Below are positions 60,041-64,000 of a DNA stretch of 64,000 nucleotides, in pieces. How positions within the stretch are numbered: the stretch's first letter is position 1; each line of letters starts with the position of its first letter. Below the pieces are notes generated by a model. The model was not told the origin of the DNA. It saw only the letters and a program-made list of their open reading frames with translations, and made no database searches. The DNA comes from Candidatus Omnitrophota bacterium. Lineage in GTDB: Bacteria > Omnitrophota > Gorgyraeia > Zapsychrales > Fredricksoniimonadaceae. A program made the position numbers and the translations under genes. Location of the stretch: positions 13,503 through 77,502 of the forward strand of contig JABDCU010000004.1 of the NCBI GenBank assembly GCA_013287965.1. Reading direction: 5' to 3'.

Positions 60041-60052
60041 GAAGTCTTCCTC

Positions 60053-61426
60053 CTATAATTTATCTAACGCTTCCTTGACCGTTGCTACCGGAATTAACCG
60101 GATATTAGACGGCTTAAAATCATTTTTGTTCTTCAAATTATTTTTAGGGACAATGCAGCGGGTAAACCCCAGCTTCTGTGCTTCATTGACCCTCGAGGCG
60201 ATCTGGGCCACACTGCGCACCTCTCCGGAAAGACCCACTTCTCCCAAAACAGCCATGTCATGGGGCACGACCTTGTCTAATAAGGCGGAGGCAACCGCGA
60301 GACTTACACCCAAGTCCGCGGCAGGGTCCATCACCTTAACACCACCGACGACGTTCAAGAAAATATCCTTGTCCCCCAAATTCATCCCCAGCCTTTTTTC
60401 CAATACCGCGGCAAGCAGGCTCAAGCGATTGGCATCAAACCCTTGCGCCTTTTGGCGTATCATGCCAAAGGCAGAGCGGCTGACCAAACCCTGGATCTCC
60501 ACCAAAAACGGCCTGGTCCCCTCCATGATCGGCACCACCACAGAGCCGGAAGAACCTTCAGGCCGTTCGCAAAGGAAAATCTCCGAAGGGTTCAGCACTT
60601 CCTGCAGGCCCGTGGCTGTCATCTCAAAAACGCCGATCTCATTGGTGGAACCAAAACGGTTCTTGTTGGCCCGAAGGACACGATAAGATGAATAACGTTC
60701 CCCTTCAAAATAAAGCACCCCGTCAACCATGTGTTCCAAGACCCGCGGGCCTGCCAGCATCCCTTCTTTGGTCACATGCCCGACGAAAAAAAGAGAAACC
60801 CCCCGCGATTTGGCCAACTGCGTCAAAACAGCGGCGCTTTCCCTGACTTGGGCCACCGAGCCCGGTGACGAAGAAAGCTCTGCTAAATGCACCACCTGGA
60901 TCGAATCAATGATCACCACTTGAGGATTTAATTGATGGATATAACCGGTGATCGTTTCAACATCGATCTCATTGACGATAAAAAAATTCTCATTAGCGGA
61001 TTGGGCAACCCTGTCCGCGCGCATCTTGGCTTGCTTGACAGACTCCTCGCCGCTGACATACAAAACTTTTAATCCCGTACGTGCCAGGGCACAGCCCGCC
61101 TGCAAAACGATCGTGGATTTACCGATACCAGGATCTCCGCCGATCAAGGTCACAGATCCCGGGACAATGCCGCCGCCCATGACCCGGTCAAATTCTCCGA
61201 TAGATGTCATGTAACGCCTGTCCTGAAGGACATCCACTTCTTTTAAAAGAACAGGTGCTACTGCCACCCCTGCCGCCAGTTGGACTCGAATGCTTGACTG
61301 TTCACTGCGGGGAATAGCTGTCTCCTCGACATACGAATTCCATTCCTCGCAATTGGGGCATTTTCCCATCCAACGCGCGGCCTGTGTTCCGCAGTTCTGG
61401 CATACAAACACTGTTTTGGTTTTCAT
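60053..61426 (-). CDS. radA: DNA repair protein RadA/Sms
   Basis: Zn ribbon CQNCG...CPNC, Walker A GDPGIGKST, KNRFG, and a Lon-like C-terminal domain. Confidence 0.9.
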   Translation of the reverse strand: MKTKTVFVCQNCGTQAARWMGKCPNCEEWNSYVEETAIPRSEQSSIRVQLAAGVAVAPVLLKEVDVLQDRRYMTSIGEFDRVMGGGIVPGSVTLIGGDPGIGKSTIVLQAGCALARTGLKVLYVSGEESVKQAKMRADRVAQSANENFFIVNEIDVETITGYIHQLNPQVVIIDSIQVVHLAELSSSPGSVAQVRESAAVLTQLAKSRGVSLFFVGHVTKEGMLAGPRVLEHMVDGVLYFEGERYSSYRVLRANKNRFGSTNEIGVFEMTATGLQEVLNPSEIFLCERPEGSSGSVVVPIMEGTRPFLVEIQGLVSRSAFGMIRQKAQGFDANRLSLLAAVLEKRLGMNLGDKDIFLNVVGGVKVMDPAADLGVSLAVASALLDKVVPHDMAVLGEVGLSGEVRSVAQIASRVNEAQKLGFTRCIVPKNNLKNKNDFKPSNIRLIPVATVKEALDKL

Positions 61427-61428
61427 TG

Positions 61429-62118
61429 TTACTTTGGTTTGGGACGGTAAAGCAGCTTCCAGGGATTGCCTTTTAAGTCCGACGTGAGATCATCAAGATT
61501 AGTATAGATGGACTCATCGGTCAGCAATTTACCCAAGGTCCCACGCCCCTCTTTTAGGTCCGTACCCACCGCGCCGAAGCCTTCCAGGGCCTCTTGCAGG
61601 GATTGTTTATTTTTATCAGTTAAGATGCCGTTATTGACACTGTCCACCGTGGTTGACAGCTTGGCCATCAAGGTATTGACCTGTTCCGCTATCCTTTCCA
61701 TCGGGACAGGGTCTTGGCCCGCGATCACACTGTCATCCTTGATCCCGTCAGCTGATTTACCGGGGACGATCTCAAGGTATTTCTCCCCCAGGATCCCCAG
61801 CTGATTGATCGTAATTTTAGAGTCTACGGGGATGGCGATATCATCCCTGATCCAAACACTCACCCGCACCTTGGTTTTCCGCTCATCGGCCGCATCCGCA
61901 AAAACCTGCAATTTCTTGACCAGGCCCACTTCCACCCCTGCCAGGCGCACGGGCGCTGCCTCACGCAAGCCGCTGGCAAAACCGAAAACGACCTGGATAT
62001 GGCGGCCCTTCTCAAAAATGGAAAGGTCACTGATCGAAATGATAAAAAAAGTCAACGCCAAAGCTGCCATCAATACAAATGAACCGACCTTCAATTCCAG
62101 CCCGCTATCTCGAGACAT
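61429..62118 (-). CDS. mlaD: MCE-domain protein MlaD
   Basis: N-terminal TM segment, an MCE domain (GLREAAPVRLAGVEVG.V), and adjacency to mlaF and mlaE. Confidence 0.75.
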   Translation of the reverse strand: MSRDSGLELKVGSFVLMAALALTFFIISISDLSIFEKGRHIQVVFGFASGLREAAPVRLAGVEVGLVKKLQVFADAADERKTKVRVSVWIRDDIAIPVDSKITINQLGILGEKYLEIVPGKSADGIKDDSVIAGQDPVPMERIAEQVNTLMAKLSTTVDSVNNGILTDKNKQSLQEALEGFGAVGTDLKEGRGTLGKLLTDESIYTNLDDLTSDLKGNPWKLLYRPKPK

Positions 62119-62148
62119 AATCAGTTCTCCATAGTGTTAGGTAAAAGA

Positions 62149-62922
62149 TCACTTAACATGCCCAAAAATCAAACTCTCGTCCTCGGTGATGGGCCCATGC
62201 GCCTCACCGTGTATGAACTGCTGGATCACCGGGTGTTTGGAATTCTTGATCTCTTCCGGCTTGCCATCGGCAATGACCTGCCCCTTATAGAACATAGCGA
62301 TCGAATCCGCCACCTGATAGGCGGAATTCATGTCATGCGTGACAATAATGGAGGTGACTTTAAGCTTGTCGCGCAATTCAATGATCAGCTTGTTGATCGC
62401 GGCCGCCGTGATAGGGTCAACTTCGCTGGTCGGCTCGTCGTATAAAATAATATGCGGTTCCATGCACAGCACTCGCGCCAGGCTCACACGTTTTTTCATG
62501 CCGCCGGAAAGCTGGGAAGGCATCAAATGTTCCACGTCTTTGAGTCCCACGAGGCCCAACGCGTCATGCACCTTATCAGCAACGGTCTTTTTATCCAGAT
62601 TCATGAACTCATTGAGGACAAATCCGACATTTTCCCCGACGTTCATGGAATCAAACAAAGCCCCGCCCTGGAACACCATCCCGATCTCCATGCGCAGGCG
62701 ATCATATTCTTTCTCATTGAGATTAGTGACTTCGACCCCATTGATCTTGATCGAACCGCTGTCCGGACGGATCAAACCCACGATATTCTTTAAAAGGACA
62801 CTTTTCCCCACACCCGAGCGCCCGATAATGGCCTTGGTCTCCCCCCGGCGCACGGTCAGATTCATGTTATTAAGGATCATCTGCGCGCCGAAGACTTTAT
62901 ATAGGTTGCGTATTTCAATCAT
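62149..62922 (-). CDS. mlaF: ABC transporter ATP-binding protein MlaF
   Basis: Walker A GRSGVGKS, signature LSGGMKKRV, and Walker B ILYDEPT. Confidence 0.85.
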   Translation of the reverse strand: MIEIRNLYKVFGAQMILNNMNLTVRRGETKAIIGRSGVGKSVLLKNIVGLIRPDSGSIKINGVEVTNLNEKEYDRLRMEIGMVFQGGALFDSMNVGENVGFVLNEFMNLDKKTVADKVHDALGLVGLKDVEHLMPSQLSGGMKKRVSLARVLCMEPHIILYDEPTSEVDPITAAAINKLIIELRDKLKVTSIIVTHDMNSAYQVADSIAMFYKGQVIADGKPEEIKNSKHPVIQQFIHGEAHGPITEDESLIFGHVK

Positions 62923-62966
62923 TTAAATTTAGCCTTCTTATAAAAAACTCAATGTGTCCCGGTTTT

Positions 62967-63752
62967 TTAAAAATTTAATAAAAAGTAAAAGACGAACGTG
63001 ATGAAGCAGTCCATCATGATGATCAAAATGAATGAACGCACCACCGCCGTTGTTGTCGCCTTACCGACACCGTCCGCCCCGCCCCTGACGGTCAATCCCT
63101 GCTGGCAGCCGACAATGGCAATGATCATGCCAAAGAAGATCGTTTTGACCAAACCCGTCGTGATGTCCTTCATGGTCAGCGCCCGGAAGGTCATCTTCCA
63201 GAACATCTCGTGGCTGATATGCAATTTGAACACACAGATCACATAACCGCCCCAGATGCCGATCATGTCCGAGAGCATGGTCAAGACCGGGAGCATGATC
63301 AAAAGCCCCAAGAACCGCGGGACCACCAGGTATTTGACCGGATTAACCGCAAAGGCCTTAAGCGCGTCCACCTGCTCGGTGACGACCATAGACCCGATCT
63401 CCGCGGCAATGCCGGCACCGATGCGGCCGGCAACGATCAGGGCTGTCAGGACAGGCGTCAATTCACGGGTCAAGGCCACGGCGACCACGTTGGGGATATA
63501 AAGCTCGGCGGAAAGCTGTACCATCTGATAAGCCATCTGCAAAGCAATGATCATCCCCACGAAAAAAGCCACCAGGGCTGAAATGACAAAACTGCCCGGC
63601 CCGATGCGCTGGGCTTGTATCAAAGAACGCACGCCTTTATACGGAGGCGTGCAAGCGCATACCACCGTCTGAAACCACAAAACCGTTAACTGACCGACAT
63701 ACCGGACCCAATCCTTGGCGGCAATGCTGATCTTTGAAGCTAAAATATCCAT
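62967..63752 (-). CDS. mlaE: ABC permease MlaE
   Basis: 261 aa, polytopic. LTRELTPVLTALIVAGRIG is the conserved MlaE motif. Confidence 0.8.
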   Translation of the reverse strand: MDILASKISIAAKDWVRYVGQLTVLWFQTVVCACTPPYKGVRSLIQAQRIGPGSFVISALVAFFVGMIIALQMAYQMVQLSAELYIPNVVAVALTRELTPVLTALIVAGRIGAGIAAEIGSMVVTEQVDALKAFAVNPVKYLVVPRFLGLLIMLPVLTMLSDMIGIWGGYVICVFKLHISHEMFWKMTFRALTMKDITTGLVKTIFFGMIIAIVGCQQGLTVRGGADGVGKATTTAVVRSFILIIMMDCFITFVFYFLLNF

Positions 63753-63755
63753 AAT

Positions 63756-64000
63756 TTAGACAAGTACCAAATTATCATCCTTACGGACAACCGTGACCTT
63801 GCTTCCTTCTTTAAAACGTCCGGAAATGATCTCTTCAGAAAGCATGTCTTCCACATAGCGCTGGATGGTCCTCTTCAAAGGCCTGGCCCCGTACAAGGGA
63901 TCAAAACCTTTTTCCATCAGGAAATCCATGGCTTCAGAAGACAAGCTGATATCGATCCCCCTGCCTTTAAGGCGCTCAATGACCTCATTGATCTCGAGCT
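63756..64000 (-). CDS. clpC: Clp ATPase (ClpC-type) C-terminal end, 5' part beyond the window
   Basis: The frame is open to the window edge. The motif ...FDPLYGARPLKRTIQRYVED... is the D2-small domain signature. Confidence 0.8.
   Translation of the reverse strand, partial: LEINEVIERLKGRGIDISLSSEAMDFLMEKGFDPLYGARPLKRTIQRYVEDMLSEEIISGRFKEGSKVTVVRKDDNLVLV

Noticed and set aside
60003-60686. 227-aa plus-strand ORF, plus 62330..62926 (198 aa), 59196..59684, 53274..53765, 12638..13096 and 13876..14328
   Set aside because: Each lies fully antisense to a strongly supported gene (radA, mlaF, the PIN/TRAM gene, the PSP1 gene, the histidine kinase, pyrE). Their composition is Ser/Thr/Arg/Pro-rich, as expected from reverse-frame translation.

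Overview
The window looks like a diderm bacterial chromosome segment, possibly from an uncultivated lineage (inference only). Almost all genes are on the minus strand. Housekeeping flanks are lpdA, pyrE, comF, lptFG, alr, tsaBE, thiL, mtnA, metG, holB, tmk, tRNA-Val, cysS, cysE, ispFD, radA, mlaDFE and the clpC 3' end. They enclose three unusual regions. (1) Two paralogous secreted multidomain proteins of 2540 aa and 1235 aa share N- and C-terminal 'bookend' domains around different enzyme-like cargo. Small palindromic DNA elements are inserted in-frame into the larger one. (2) A ~25.4 kb block (about 14978..40439) looks AT-richer by eye. It starts with a three-gene tyrosine recombinase trio (RIT-type) and is bounded by mirror-image arrays of the 8-mer TTATGTGG/CCACATAA. 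It carries TonB/ExbBD, a TonB-dependent receptor, Fur, a TetR-controlled detox cluster, an orphan leuA, a secreted redox cluster and a two-component system. (3) At the right end of that block sits the most interesting item. It is a compact operon with an XRE HTH, an ImmA/IrrE metallopeptidase, a His-tailed multiubiquitin-like beta-grasp protein, a ThiF/E1 enzyme with an unassigned N-domain, a Cys-rich DUF6527-like protein and a small basic protein. This is a ubiquitin-like conjugation cassette with no JAB and no canonical E2. No CRISPR array or rRNA was seen. All calls rest on motif recognition by eye; no searches or computations were run.
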